NCBI GenBank assembly: GCA_965213705.1 | Contig: OZ243913.1 | Span: 928,001-992,000, forward strand | Source: Trueperaceae bacterium | Lineage (GTDB): Bacteria > Deinococcota > Deinococci > Deinococcales > Trueperaceae | Direction of reading: 5' to 3' | DNA: 64,000 nt | Shown: positions 32,849-42,698 of the stretch, piece after piece | Layout: each line of letters opens with the position of its first letter | How positions within the stretch are numbered: position 1 is the stretch's first letter | Made by a program: the position numbers and the translations under genes | The notes under the pieces: generated by a model | The model's database searches: none | What the model saw: the letters and a program-made list of their open reading frames with translations, nothing else | What the model was told of the DNA's origin: nothing

Positions 32849-35215
32849 TTACACGGCTTTAGCAAGGTCGTTAAAGCGAACGTGGGCATTGTGAAACTGT
32901 AGCTCGACCGTGCCCACAGGACCGTTGCGTTGCTTACCGATGATGATTTCGGCGATGCCCTGCTTTTCACTGTTCGGGTCATAGTATTCGTCGCGGTAAA
33001 TAAACGCGACGAGGTCGGCGTCTTGCTCGATGCTGCCGCTTTCACGAAGGTCTGACAAGAGAGGCCGCTTGTTCGGCCGCGCCTCGACCGCGCGCGACAG
33101 TTGGCTGAGTGCGACCACGGGAATGTCGAGCTCGCGCGCCAAGACTTTGAGCCCGCGCGAGATGACCGAAATCTCCTGCTGCCGGTTTTCGCCGCCGCCG
33201 AGCCGTGAGCTGCCGCTCATGAGTTGCAAGTAGTCGATGACGATGAGCCCCAGCCCGTGCTCGGCCATGAGCCTGCGCGCCCGGCTGCGCAGTTCCATCA
33301 CGGTCAGGTCGGCGTTGTCGTCGATAAAGATTTTCGCCTCGGCGAGGCGGCCCGCGGTGTCGGCAAGCCGCTGGAAGTCCCGGTCGGAGAGTTGCCCGTT
33401 GCGCACCCGGCTCATGTCGACGCGCGCCTCGCTGCAGAGCATCCGGGTGACAAGTTGTACGGCGGACATCTCCAAGTTGAAAATTCCCACCGTCGCGTTC
33501 TCGCGCAGAGCTACGTTGAGGCCGATGGTGAGGGCGAAGGCGGTGTTGTGGGTGACGGTCATGTCTTCCAGCAAAAAGAGCCCGTCGCCGTGCAGGGTAA
33601 AACCGTAATAGTCGTCGACCTCGTCCGGCTCGACGCTGATGCCCGTCACGCGCCAGTCTTTTCGGTCTGTCCAAGGCGCGGCTTTTTTGCGCGGCACGCG
33701 CACCGGAATCTCATCGACGTTGCCGTTGAAACGCACGCGCCAGACTTCGCAGCGGTAGTCCTCAGCGCCTTCACGCTTCAGGGTCGCCACTTTGTTCGTG
33801 AGCGAGGTGCGGTAGCCGAGCGAGTCGCAGAGATACTTGATTTGTTGGGCGAGGTTTCTAAGCTTCGTCGTAATTTCAAAAGGCCCGTTCTGGCTCGAGA
33901 GATAGTGTCCGTCCGCGTCGATAAGCCCGGCGAGCAGTTCCAGGCGGTTGCGCCTCGAGGTGTGGAGGTAGGCGTCAGGAATGTGTTTGTTCCCCAGTAA
34001 ACCCAGTGCTGCGAGTTGCCCCTGGAGCGACGCTGCCCCCGCCTCGGCCGAGCCGCCGCGCTGACCGCGCGTGATGGCGTAGCTTGGGCAGCGCCCTTCC
34101 GAAGCGTCCACACTCACCCCCATGTCGAGCCGCGCGGCGTACTCGTGGAGATAGTCGACAACCTCACAGTCGCTCGTTGTAATTCTGACGTTGCGTGTTG
34201 CGCCGTCACCCAGCCACAAACCGATAAAGTAAGGCTCTACGGGAACGGGTTTTTCGGGCAGGTCGATGGCGACCTTGTAGCCCTTGTAGTTGCTCTTGAA
34301 CTTGTCGCTCTTGCCCAGCCATTCTTTGACAGACAGGTTGACGACTTCGCCCTTGTGCGGGTTACGGCTGCGTTTCAAGGAAAGAACGTGGCTTTCGTTC
34401 ACGCGGTAGTCGAGGCCGTGGCGCTGCCGCACCCAGATCATTCTTTCACGCCCTCTCGCCAACGACGTGACGTGGCGCGGACACGAGTCCGGCCCCATCA
34501 GCACGTCGCCGACGCGCACGTCCTCGACGTTTTTGAGCGTGCCGTCATACATCACCACGCGGGTGCCCTTGCCGAGACACTTGCCCATCGCCGGCCGCGC
34601 CGCGAGCACGTTCAAACTGCTCGGCTGCAACCCCGCCGTGATGATGTCGAGTTCTTTGAAGCCGGTGCGCAGACCCGAAACCGGGTCGGGGTTGGTAAAC
34701 AGTTCGTTGATGTGGGCAAACGTGTCGCCCACAAGATTGCTCATGCTCTGAAAGTTGTGGCTGCGCTTCGAACTCGAGAGTTCGAAAATACTCGCCTCGG
34801 CCTTGTCGAGGACTTGCTCCAAGGGCAAAGCCTGGTCGTAAGCGGTCTGCATGATTTGCCCGCTCGCTTGAATCAGGTCGCGCAACACCGCCTTGTCGAC
34901 GACGATGCGCGCGTAGTTCTCCGCGTACGCGGCTGTCGGCACGCTGTCGGCCAGCCCGATGAGGTAAGGCACGCTGCCGACGCCCTCCAACTCGCCCGAC
35001 TGCCGCAACTCTTCGGTCAAGGTGACCAAGTCGATGGGCTCGTGGCGGTGGAAGAGCTTTTCCATTCCTCGAAAAATCTTGCGGTGGCTTTCTTTGTAAA
35101 AATGGTTGGCACCGATGATGCCCTCAATAGCGGGATAAACCTCGTTGTCGAGCAGCACCGAACCGAGTACGCTTTGTTCGGCCTCTAAGTTCTGGGGGGG
35201 CAGACGACTTTCCAC
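32849..35215 (-). CDS. dnaB: Replicative DNA helicase DnaB (intein-containing precursor, 788 aa; about 443 aa after splicing)
   Basis: PPQNLEAEQSVLG, ARPAMGK/T split by insert, IDYLQLM, SQLSR, LSDLRESGSIEQDAD, KQRNGP. Confidence 0.96.
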   Translation of the reverse strand: MESRLPPQNLEAEQSVLGSVLLDNEVYPAIEGIIGANHFYKESHRKIFRGMEKLFHRHEPIDLVTLTEELRQSGELEGVGSVPYLIGLADSVPTAAYAENYARIVVDKAVLRDLIQASGQIMQTAYDQALPLEQVLDKAEASIFELSSSKRSHNFQSMSNLVGDTFAHINELFTNPDPVSGLRTGFKELDIITAGLQPSSLNVLAARPAMGKCLGKGTRVVMYDGTLKNVEDVRVGDVLMGPDSCPRHVTSLARGRERMIWVRQRHGLDYRVNESHVLSLKRSRNPHKGEVVNLSVKEWLGKSDKFKSNYKGYKVAIDLPEKPVPVEPYFIGLWLGDGATRNVRITTSDCEVVDYLHEYAARLDMGVSVDASEGRCPSYAITRGQRGGSAEAGAASLQGQLAALGLLGNKHIPDAYLHTSRRNRLELLAGLIDADGHYLSSQNGPFEITTKLRNLAQQIKYLCDSLGYRTSLTNKVATLKREGAEDYRCEVWRVRFNGNVDEIPVRVPRKKAAPWTDRKDWRVTGISVEPDEVDDYYGFTLHGDGLFLLEDMTVTHNTAFALTIGLNVALRENATVGIFNLEMSAVQLVTRMLCSEARVDMSRVRNGQLSDRDFQRLADTAGRLAEAKIFIDDNADLTVMELRSRARRLMAEHGLGLIVIDYLQLMSGSSRLGGGENRQQEISVISRGLKVLARELDIPVVALSQLSRAVEARPNKRPLLSDLRESGSIEQDADLVAFIYRDEYYDPNSEKQGIAEIIIGKQRNGPVGTVELQFHNAHVRFNDLAKAV
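33545..34579 (-). mobile_element. Intein (345 aa) with LAGLIDADG homing endonuclease, inserted in the DnaB Walker A
   Basis: Starts CLGKGT right after GK, ends VTHN followed by Thr; internal YFIGLWLGDG and LLAGLIDADG. Confidence 0.95.
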
Positions 35216-35364
35216 GGGGTCAGTTTAACGCAGAAAAAGGGGGGGCAGCGGGCTGCCGAGTTGGGCGAGCTTCGCCCTGTGTGTGGTAGGTCGGGCGGGC
35301 GTGGCCCAGGGCTTGAAATCCCAAGTTCCGCCCCGACCCCTCGCGGTCAAGTACACTGTTGACG

Positions 35365-37056
35365 ATGCTCTCCTTCGTCCTGGCTTTAGGGCTCAGTTAC
35401 CTTATCGGCTCGCTTCCTTTAGGTGGCGCGCTCATCAAAAGCGTGACCGGCAAAGAGGCGCGCACTTTCAGCGCTCATAACCTAGGCGTCGAAAACCTGT
35501 TTTACTACCTCGGCGCGCCGCTGGCTTTCGCTTCTTTCTTTCTGGATATTTTCAAAGGATTTGTCGCCGTGCTTTTGTTTGCGGGGAGTCCGTGGGCCGC
35601 CCTGGGGGTGTACCTGGGCCACCTGTATCCGCCCTGGTCGCTGGCCTTGCCGAGGGGTCGGGGCAACGGCGTGTTGCTGGGCGTGCTGGCGGCGTTTTGG
35701 GCGACGGGGACGCTGCCCTGGTGGTTGGCCGGCTCGCCGGTCGCGCTCTACGTCGGCATTTTAACGGCGACGGGGTACGCGGCCTTGGCGACCTTGGGGG
35801 GGTTGTTGGCTTTGCTCGCCGGGGCGTCGGTTTCACAGCCGCTGAACGTAGCCGCGGCTCTGCTGGGCGTAACGCTGGTCGCGCTGTGGCGGCACAAACA
35901 CAGCTTGGCCCGCATTTTAGACCGCACCGAAGCGCGCCTCGGCGCGCCGCCCGCCGTCCACGGGCGCGACCCGAACGTCGTGCTGGCGGCGTTTATGGCG
36001 CACCCGCTGTCCGTGGACGACCTCTGGCAGCCGCGCTCGCAACGCTGGCTGAAAGGTTTGCTGCGGCGCGAACTGCTGCCTGAGTGGCTGCTCCGCCGCG
36101 CGCTCTTGCACCTGCGCCCGCAGGTGCAAGACGAACTCACCGGCGTGACTTTGAGCGACGGGCGCGAACTGCGCGTCATGCTCATCAGCGGCTCGCTGCT
36201 GCCCGACCAGGTGCGCAGCTACCCCGAGGTGGCGACGCGGCTGGCAGTTCAGGGGGCGCGCCTGGCGTATGAACGCGGGGCAGAGGCGTTCGGTCTCGGC
36301 GCGTTTTTGTCCACCGTCGGCAACAAAGGCCAGGACGTGCAAGACGCCGTACCCGAAATCGCCATCACCAACGGCGGCGCGTACACCGCGGCGACCGTCA
36401 AGGCGGCGGTGCCGGGTCTGCTCGCCGCGTTCGAGCGTGAGGGCGGCCACTTACGCCGCAGCACGGCGGCGGTGGTCGGGGCCAACGGCGTGGTCGCTTT
36501 CGGGGTGGCGCGGAGCGTGGCGGGCGAGGTCGGCGAACTTCTCCTCGTCGGCCGAGACTTGGCACGCTTGGAGCGCAGCGCCGATACCTTGCGCAAAAAG
36601 TACCCGCACACCCGCGTCAGCGTCGGCACCGACGTGGCCGTGTGTGTGGCGGCCGACCTCGTTTTCGCGGCGACCTCCGACCCGAACCCGGTGGTGTTCG
36701 CCGAGCACGTCAAACCGGGCGCGTGGCTGTTCGACTTAGGAAGACCGGCCGACGTCGACGACTCGGTCCGCAGCGTGCCGGGGGTCCACGTCGTGCCGGG
36801 CGGCGTGGTCAAGCCGCCCGGCAACATGAAGACCTTTATCGACCTGCACTTCGGCGACGGGCTGGTCCCGGCCTGCATGGCCGAGACGATGATCATGACG
36901 GCGACCCGCGCTTTTGAGCGCAAGTCCCTGGGGTCGGTCACGCGCAGCGCCGACATCGACTTTTACTTGGCGGAAGGCGAACGTTTGGGTTTCGAAATCG
37001 TGACTCGAGACGAGCGCGTCAGCAAGACAGGGACCTACGAACGAGGCGTCTTGTGA
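35365..37056 (+). CDS. Fusion of a PlsY-like membrane acyltransferase domain and an acyl-ACP-reductase-like Rossmann domain
   Basis: N-term YLIGSLP, DIFKG, LGHLYP, GRGNG, RHKHSL.R...E; C-term AFMAHP, GLGAF, TNGGAYT, VVGANG, DLGRP.DV, GGVV, ACMAETM; TACACT box 7 nt upstream. Confidence 0.75.
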   Translation: MLSFVLALGLSYLIGSLPLGGALIKSVTGKEARTFSAHNLGVENLFYYLGAPLAFASFFLDIFKGFVAVLLFAGSPWAALGVYLGHLYPPWSLALPRGRGNGVLLGVLAAFWATGTLPWWLAGSPVALYVGILTATGYAALATLGGLLALLAGASVSQPLNVAAALLGVTLVALWRHKHSLARILDRTEARLGAPPAVHGRDPNVVLAAFMAHPLSVDDLWQPRSQRWLKGLLRRELLPEWLLRRALLHLRPQVQDELTGVTLSDGRELRVMLISGSLLPDQVRSYPEVATRLAVQGARLAYERGAEAFGLGAFLSTVGNKGQDVQDAVPEIAITNGGAYTAATVKAAVPGLLAAFEREGGHLRRSTAAVVGANGVVAFGVARSVAGEVGELLLVGRDLARLERSADTLRKKYPHTRVSVGTDVAVCVAADLVFAATSDPNPVVFAEHVKPGAWLFDLGRPADVDDSVRSVPGVHVVPGGVVKPPGNMKTFIDLHFGDGLVPACMAETMIMTATRAFERKSLGSVTRSADIDFYLAEGERLGFEIVTRDERVSKTGTYERGVL

Positions 37057-37183
37057 CAGAAGCGTCAAACCCTCGCACTCGCCTCGAGCAAGACGAGCAG
37101 GACGGCGGCAAAAGACCTTTGAACGTTTACCCGGTCCTCGGTCCTGCCCACTCGGTACCGTCTAGTCCGCCCAAGGGGCTCCC

Positions 37184-37981
37184 GTGACCGTGGCGTTTCG
37201 CATGAAGGGATTTTTGGAAGCTCGCGACGCCGACACCGACCTGTTGTGGGGTTTGGGATGCGAAGGTTTGTGGCAGGATGGCGAAGACATCGTCGCTTAC
37301 TTCGCCGCGCCGCTTGAGCTGCCCTTCGTCGGGGTGTGGGAACAGCTCGAGCCGCAGGACTATATCGAGCGCTACTACGCCGAACTGCAACCGGTTTACC
37401 TGCAAACCCTCGTCGTCGCGCCGACCCACAGCGCGGTCACCGTGACCGGGGGCCAAAAAGTCTTGTGGCTCGACCCCGGCATGGCCTTCGGCACCGGCCA
37501 CCACGAGACGACGCGGCTGGCCTTGAGGGAGCTGGAGCGGCTCGAGCTGGCAGACAAACACGTTCTCGACGTTGGCGCGGGCTCGGGCATCTTGGCGATT
37601 GCCGCCGACCTGCTCGGCGCGGCGAGCGCCCACGGGCTCGACACCGACCCGGACACGCTGCCGGTTGCCGAGGCCAACCGCAGGCTCAACCGCTCTCGAG
37701 CCACCTTCGCCCCGGGCAGCTTGCAAGACGCGCCCGGAAGAAGCGCCGACGTGCTCGTCGCCAACCTGTTCGCCGAGTTGCACCTAGAACTGTGCGGCGA
37801 GTACCGGCGCGTGCTCAAACCGGGCGGCAGTCTTGTCATCTCGGGCATCCTGCACGACAAACTCCCGGCGGTCGAGGCGGCGTTGACGGAGCGTTTCGAG
37901 GTCGGCGCGGTGGTGACCGACGGCGAGTGGGCGCTGCTCACGGCCACGCCCACGGGGACGGGGGCGGTGGGAAAAGAATGA
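37184..37981 (+). CDS. prmA: 50S ribosomal protein L11 methyltransferase
   Basis: DPGMAFGTGHHETT, LDVGAGSGILAI, VANL, ISGIL. Confidence 0.93.
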   Translation: MTVAFRMKGFLEARDADTDLLWGLGCEGLWQDGEDIVAYFAAPLELPFVGVWEQLEPQDYIERYYAELQPVYLQTLVVAPTHSAVTVTGGQKVLWLDPGMAFGTGHHETTRLALRELERLELADKHVLDVGAGSGILAIAADLLGAASAHGLDTDPDTLPVAEANRRLNRSRATFAPGSLQDAPGRSADVLVANLFAELHLELCGEYRRVLKPGGSLVISGILHDKLPAVEAALTERFEVGAVVTDGEWALLTATPTGTGAVGKE

Positions 37982-38688
37982 GGATTCACCGCGTCCACCT
38001 GCCCACCTTGAGCGAGGGCGTCGTCACCTTGACCGGCCCCGAAGCGCGGCACTTGGCCGGCGTGTTGCGCGTCGCGCCCGGCCAACCCATACGCGCCTTC
38101 GACGGCCACGGTTGGGAGGCCGAAGGTGAAGTAACCGCGACCGACGCCTTCCAGGTCACCCTGAACCTCGCCGCACCCTCAAAAAGCGGAGTTGAAGCGC
38201 GGCTGGCTGTCACCGTCGTGGTAGCGCTTCTCAAAGGCGACAAGCTGAGCGACGTGGTGCGGCAAGGCACCGAACTCGGCGCGGTGGGGTTTAGGCTGTT
38301 TACGAGTCGCCACGGCGACGTGCCGAGCTTGTCGGCAACTAAGCTCGAGCGCCTGCGCCGCGTCGCTAAAGAAGCCGCCAAACAGTCGGGCCGGAGCGTG
38401 GTGCCGAGCGTCAAAGAGCCCGCGCCGCTGGGTGAGTTGCCGCTGGACGGCCCCGTCCTCGTCGCCCACCCGCACGCCCCGCTCACGCTGCAAGAAGCCT
38501 TGCAAGACGCGTCCGACCCCGGGAGCCTCACCATCCTTACCGGCCCCGAAGGCGGCCTGAGCGCCGCCGAGGTCACGGCGCTGGAAGAACGAGGCGTGGC
38601 CGCAGTGCACCTCGGCCCACGCGTGTTGCGCGCCGAGACCGCGCCGGTCGCGCTGCTGGCTGCGCTGCTGTTACCGGAGGCCCTGTGA
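37978..38688 (+). CDS. rsmE: 16S rRNA m3U1498 methyltransferase
   Basis: HL..VLR, EAAKQSGR, GPEGG, LGPRVLRAETA; ATG 37978 overlaps the prmA stop. Confidence 0.93.
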   Translation: MRIHRVHLPTLSEGVVTLTGPEARHLAGVLRVAPGQPIRAFDGHGWEAEGEVTATDAFQVTLNLAAPSKSGVEARLAVTVVVALLKGDKLSDVVRQGTELGAVGFRLFTSRHGDVPSLSATKLERLRRVAKEAAKQSGRSVVPSVKEPAPLGELPLDGPVLVAHPHAPLTLQEALQDASDPGSLTILTGPEGGLSAAEVTALEERGVAAVHLGPRVLRAETAPVALLAALLLPEAL

Positions 38689-39086
38689 AACGCTTGCTCG
38701 TTTTACCCTTGGCGGTGCTGAGCGTGACGGCGCTGCTGAGCGCCTGCACCCTCCTCTACGTCCCGCCCGTACCGGAACGCGCCGAGGTGCAGGTCACGCC
38801 GCGCCTGACTCTGGACAAGGCGTCCGAGTTGCGCTGGACGGGTGAACGGCTCGAGCTGAGCGTCACCCCGACCGTGCTGCCCGCAGAGGGCTGGCTCGCG
38901 GTGCAGTGGTTCGCGCCGCAAAACGAGCAAGTCGCCTCGGACTCGGTGTGGTTGGGGGAGGGCGACCCAATCGGTTACCTCTTTTTGTTGCCGGGAAACG
39001 TCGACCCGGTGCCGGGCGAATGGCGCGTGGCGCTGTCGTTCGGCGGGAAGTTCGTGCGGCAGTTCGCGGCGGTCGTGCCCGAATAG
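38685..39086 (+). CDS. Hypothetical lipoprotein
   Basis: Lipobox LLSAC; GWLAVQWF...PGEWR; overlaps the rsmE stop. Confidence 0.7.
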   Translation: MKRLLVLPLAVLSVTALLSACTLLYVPPVPERAEVQVTPRLTLDKASELRWTGERLELSVTPTVLPAEGWLAVQWFAPQNEQVASDSVWLGEGDPIGYLFLLPGNVDPVPGEWRVALSFGGKFVRQFAAVVPE

Positions 39087-39138
39087 GCGCTCGGCCGTTG
39101 CGCGCAACGGTTTCGAAGTCCCGAAGGCGAGGAGCACC

Positions 39139-39540
39139 GTGTACCAAACGGACTACATCATGCGAACCGTCAAACAGTTCTCCGAAATGCTCGCCGCCCT
39201 TTTGTTCGGTGCAAAAGCCAAGGGCGGCCCCCTTTCGTTCGGCGACCTGGACGAACTCAGCCTCACTTTCACGGGCCTTACCCTGGACACGTTGACAGCC
39301 TTGAGCAGTTCGCAAATTCTCCGGCTTTTCTCCGTGAACGGTTTGGACGTGAACAAAGTGTATGCGAGCGCTCGAGTGCTCCATCAACTTGCCGAGCAGG
39401 AGGGTTCAGCAGAAAGGACAATCGTCCTGAAGCAGAAAGCGGTGGATTTGCTGCTGGAAATCCACCGGCGGCTGGGCGGGTACTTGAACGAAGAACACGA
39501 AACTTTGACACACACTTTACAAAGCCCTCAGCCATCCTGA
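39139..39540 (+). CDS. Hypothetical helical protein (DUF6483-like)
   Basis: N-terminal DYIMR.VKQ motif; GAGGAG RBS. Confidence 0.6.
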   Translation: MYQTDYIMRTVKQFSEMLAALLFGAKAKGGPLSFGDLDELSLTFTGLTLDTLTALSSSQILRLFSVNGLDVNKVYASARVLHQLAEQEGSAERTIVLKQKAVDLLLEIHRRLGGYLNEEHETLTHTLQSPQPS

Positions 39541-39748
39541 GGAGTCGGTTTCTCACCTTTTACCGACAGGTTTACAAGTAATTGCGAAGTTTCCAACGCG
39601 ACCGCGTCTCAAATTCCCGACCCGAAGGGCCAGCTCCTTGTTGAGGGGCAAGGTCGAAAGTGCTTTTGTTTCAATTTGCTGAGAAAGAGCTGTTACGGGC
39701 GTTCAATCGCGAGGGTATGGACAGGGCCGAAAAATCTCTTTACCCGGC

Positions 39749-40171
39749 CTAAGAACTCTCGTCGCTCCGCAAACCTCCGCGGCGCGCGCCGGGTGCTCGC
39801 ACCGCTTTTGTGGTCGCAACCGCTGCGGGCAGGCTGAAAAACAGCACGCCCCAGCCGAAGAGCTGTAGCGCGCCGCCTACGGGTGCGACCGCGCCGAGCC
39901 AACTCAGGTTTGTCGCGACGAGCACGTACAAGCTGCCGGAAAAAAGCAGGCTGCCCAAAAACAGCGGCCACATCGCCCGCCACGCCTTCGGGGGCAACGC
40001 GCCAAGCGCCAACAGGCCGAGGGCGTGGAACATCTGGTAACGCACCGCCGTCTCGAACGTGCCCAGGCGTTCCGGTGTGACTAAGTCACGCAGTGCGTGC
40101 GTGCCGAACGCGCCCAGTGCGACGCCCAAAAAAGCGAGCAGCGCGCCGAGTCTGGCCGGGTGGACGTTCAA
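39749..40171 (-). CDS. DUF423 family membrane protein
   Basis: GAFGTH, TAVRYQMFH, FSGSLY, GAVAPVGG. Confidence 0.88.
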   Translation of the reverse strand: MNVHPARLGALLAFLGVALGAFGTHALRDLVTPERLGTFETAVRYQMFHALGLLALGALPPKAWRAMWPLFLGSLLFSGSLYVLVATNLSWLGAVAPVGGALQLFGWGVLFFSLPAAVATTKAVRAPGARRGGLRSDESS

Positions 40172-40452
40172 GCGCGTCGCGCCGTCACAGAAGCGCGCAA
40201 GCTTTTGTGAAAGCGGCCCAAGTCGAAGTCGTCTAAGTCACCTTCGTACGCAAGCAACGCCTCGACCGCCGCGTTGAACTGGTCGACACAAGGGCTCGGC
40301 GCGGGCGCTTCGCTCTCCATCTTCTTGACCTCTTGGTAGCCAGCCTCGCCGTACTCTTCGACCTCGCGCTCTTTGCAAGTCTCGAGGGCGTCAAGGGCAG
40401 TTTGGCAGCGTTTGAACGTGTCGTCCGGTGCTTGGCTGTTCGCGTCTTGCAT
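40168..40452 (-). CDS. Hypothetical protein (94 aa)
   Basis: GAGGT RBS before ATG 40452; stop overlaps the DUF423 start. Confidence 0.55.
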   Translation of the reverse strand: MQDANSQAPDDTFKRCQTALDALETCKEREVEEYGEAGYQEVKKMESEAPAPSPCVDQFNAAVEALLAYEGDLDDFDLGRFHKSLRASVTARRA

Positions 40453-40769
40453 ACTCACCTCACGTCTTAAAGTATGACGCTCACCGCCCCGAAGTTTTGT
40501 AGCCGAGCTTGTCACACGGGGTTTACCCCTTGCGCGCCGCCCACCCAGTTCAACTCTTTCCGGCTGACTTTTATAAACGCTTATAACGAGACCAAAAATC
40601 AGCTTCGGGCCGTGCTCGAGGGGGGTGGGCACGACCAAAAACAGGCAAGGGCTGGTCAACCTAAGGCTCGGGTCAGGCTCCATCTTTCAGCTTCGGTTGC
40701 GCCGCACACTGACAAAATTCGGCCCCCGGCAACGTGCCCCCGGCTGACTTTCCTGTAAACTTGGCTGTT

Positions 40770-41906
40770 GTGAGCGAAGCCGTCCTGACCCAGCCCGAGG
40801 TTGCTACTCAGCCCGAAGTCGCCCAGCCCGAGGTTGCCCAGCCCAAAGTCCTCTGCGCCATGTCGGGCGGGGTGGACTCGTCGGTGGCGGCGGCGCTTTT
40901 GGGTGAGCAGGGTTTCGAGGTCGTGGGCTCGATGCTCCGCTTTTGGCAAGACGAACGGCCCAAAGGCGCGTTTTCGCTGTGCTGCAGCCCGGACGCGGCC
41001 TACGACGCGCGCCGCGTCGCCGACAAAATCGAGGTGCCCTTTTACCTGCTCGACTACCGCGACAAGTTCGAGCAAATCGTCGTCGACCCGTTCGTCCCGA
41101 CTTACGAGCGTGGCGAGACGCCCAACCCCTGCGTGTGGTGCAACCGCGACATCAAGTTCGGCTCGTTTGTAAAGCGCGCGCAGATGCTTGGTTGTGACTT
41201 TATGGCGACCGGCCACTACGTGCGCCGTGTGGACGGACCCCACGGCGTCGAACTGCACCGGGGCGAGGACGACAGCAAAGACCAGACCTACTTTTTGTGG
41301 GCGCTCCCGCGCGAGATTTTGCCCTACTTGCTGTTCCCGTTGGGTGAGCTGACCAAACAAGAGGTGCGTGTTCTGGCCGAGGAACGCGGTTTCACGGTAG
41401 CCGACAAAAAGTCCTCGAGCGGCCTCTGCTTTATCACCGACACGGTGAAAGGGTACTTAGACGAGTTCAGCGCGCCCAAACCCGGCCCGATTCTGGACGC
41501 CGAGGACGGTTTTAAAGAAATTGGGCAGCACCGGGGCGTCCAGTTCTACACCGTCGGCCAGCGCAAGGGGTTGGGGCTGTACCACTCGCACCTGGTGCGC
41601 TTCGTTACAGAACTGCGCGCCGCGGACAACGCGGTCGTCGTGGGCAGCCGCGAGCGGTGTCGCTGGCAAACCCTTACGGCGGGCCGGGCGAACTTTCTCA
41701 CCGATGTAAATGAGCTGCCGACGCGCGTGCTGGCGCAAACCCGCTACCGGCAAAAGCCGGTTCCGGCCACCCTGACGCTTACGGATGAAGGCGGCTTCGA
41801 ACTGGCCTTTGAAATCCCTGTGTTTGCCATTGCGCCGGGGCAGTCGGCCGTGCTTTACGACGGCGACAGACTTTTGGGTGGCGGCGTGATTGAGGCTCGA
41901 GGCTGA
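40770..41906 (+). CDS. mnmA: tRNA 2-thiouridine(34) synthase MnmA
   Basis: AMSGGVDS, TPNPCVWCN, ATGHY, KDQTYFL, YTVGQRKG, APGQSAV; GTG start inferred from an upstream TAAACT box. Confidence 0.95.
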   Translation: MSEAVLTQPEVATQPEVAQPEVAQPKVLCAMSGGVDSSVAAALLGEQGFEVVGSMLRFWQDERPKGAFSLCCSPDAAYDARRVADKIEVPFYLLDYRDKFEQIVVDPFVPTYERGETPNPCVWCNRDIKFGSFVKRAQMLGCDFMATGHYVRRVDGPHGVELHRGEDDSKDQTYFLWALPREILPYLLFPLGELTKQEVRVLAEERGFTVADKKSSSGLCFITDTVKGYLDEFSAPKPGPILDAEDGFKEIGQHRGVQFYTVGQRKGLGLYHSHLVRFVTELRAADNAVVVGSRERCRWQTLTAGRANFLTDVNELPTRVLAQTRYRQKPVPATLTLTDEGGFELAFEIPVFAIAPGQSAVLYDGDRLLGGGVIEARG

Positions 41907-42078
41907 GTTCGACCTTTTCGGTCGTTTTCTAAGTTTTTCTACCGGATGAACACAAGTGGGGCCGGCGGCTTGTGGATTTGGTCTTTCTACCAGCCACTAG
42001 CCTACCGGCTTTCTCCTACTTTGGTCGCTTAACAGGTTTCCGACGACTCCTGTAGACTGTCACCCAAGGAGGAAACTC

Positions 42079-42645
42079 ATGAGTACCATCATCGTGTTGG
42101 TTATTCTCGTCGGACTGGGCCTGTTCGCGGTTTCGGTTTACAACCGCATCGTCACGCTGGAAAACCGGGTGGGCAACGCCTGGGGTCAAATCGACGTGCA
42201 GCTCAAAAAGCGCAACGACCTCGTTCCCAACCTCGTCGAGACGGTCAAGGGCTACGCGGCGCACGAAAAAGGCGTGTTCGAAGAGGTCGCGCGCTCGCGC
42301 CAGGCGATGATGAACGCACAGGGTATTCCTGAGTCCGCGGCGGCAGCCAACCAGATGAGCGCGGCGCTGGGACGGCTGTTCGCGATTTCTGAAAACTACC
42401 CCGACCTCAAGGCGAACCAAAACTTTTTAGAGCTGCAGCGCGAACTCTCCGACGTGGAAAGCAAAATCGCCTACGCGCGCCAGTTTTACAACGACTCGGT
42501 GTTGCAGTACAACAACGCCATCGAGACGGTGCCGGGCGTGCTGCTGGCCGGCCCGATGAACAAAAAAGAGCAAGTGTACTTGGAAATCCCCGAGACCGAG
42601 CGCCAAGCGCCGCAAGTGTCCTTCAGCGCGCAAGCGCAGGGGTAG
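42079..42645 (+). CDS. lemA: LemA family protein
   Basis: AW.QIDVQLKKR.DLVPNLVETVKGYA.HE, ENYPDLKAN, ARQFYN. Confidence 0.93.
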   Translation: MSTIIVLVILVGLGLFAVSVYNRIVTLENRVGNAWGQIDVQLKKRNDLVPNLVETVKGYAAHEKGVFEEVARSRQAMMNAQGIPESAAAANQMSAALGRLFAISENYPDLKANQNFLELQRELSDVESKIAYARQFYNDSVLQYNNAIETVPGVLLAGPMNKKEQVYLEIPETERQAPQVSFSAQAQG

Positions 42646-42698
42646 TCGACGCCTTACCGCAGGATTTTTTACCTAGTCAAACAGAACTTGGAGAGTAG

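Noticed and set aside
37336..38688. 450-aa ORF suggesting an extended RsmE
   Set aside because: The N-terminal part is an off-frame overlap of prmA; RsmE similarity starts at ATG 37978
40561..40761. CGGCTGACTTT direct repeat 180 nt apart upstream of mnmA
   Set aside because: Only two 11-nt copies with no supporting context; may be chance or promoter duplication
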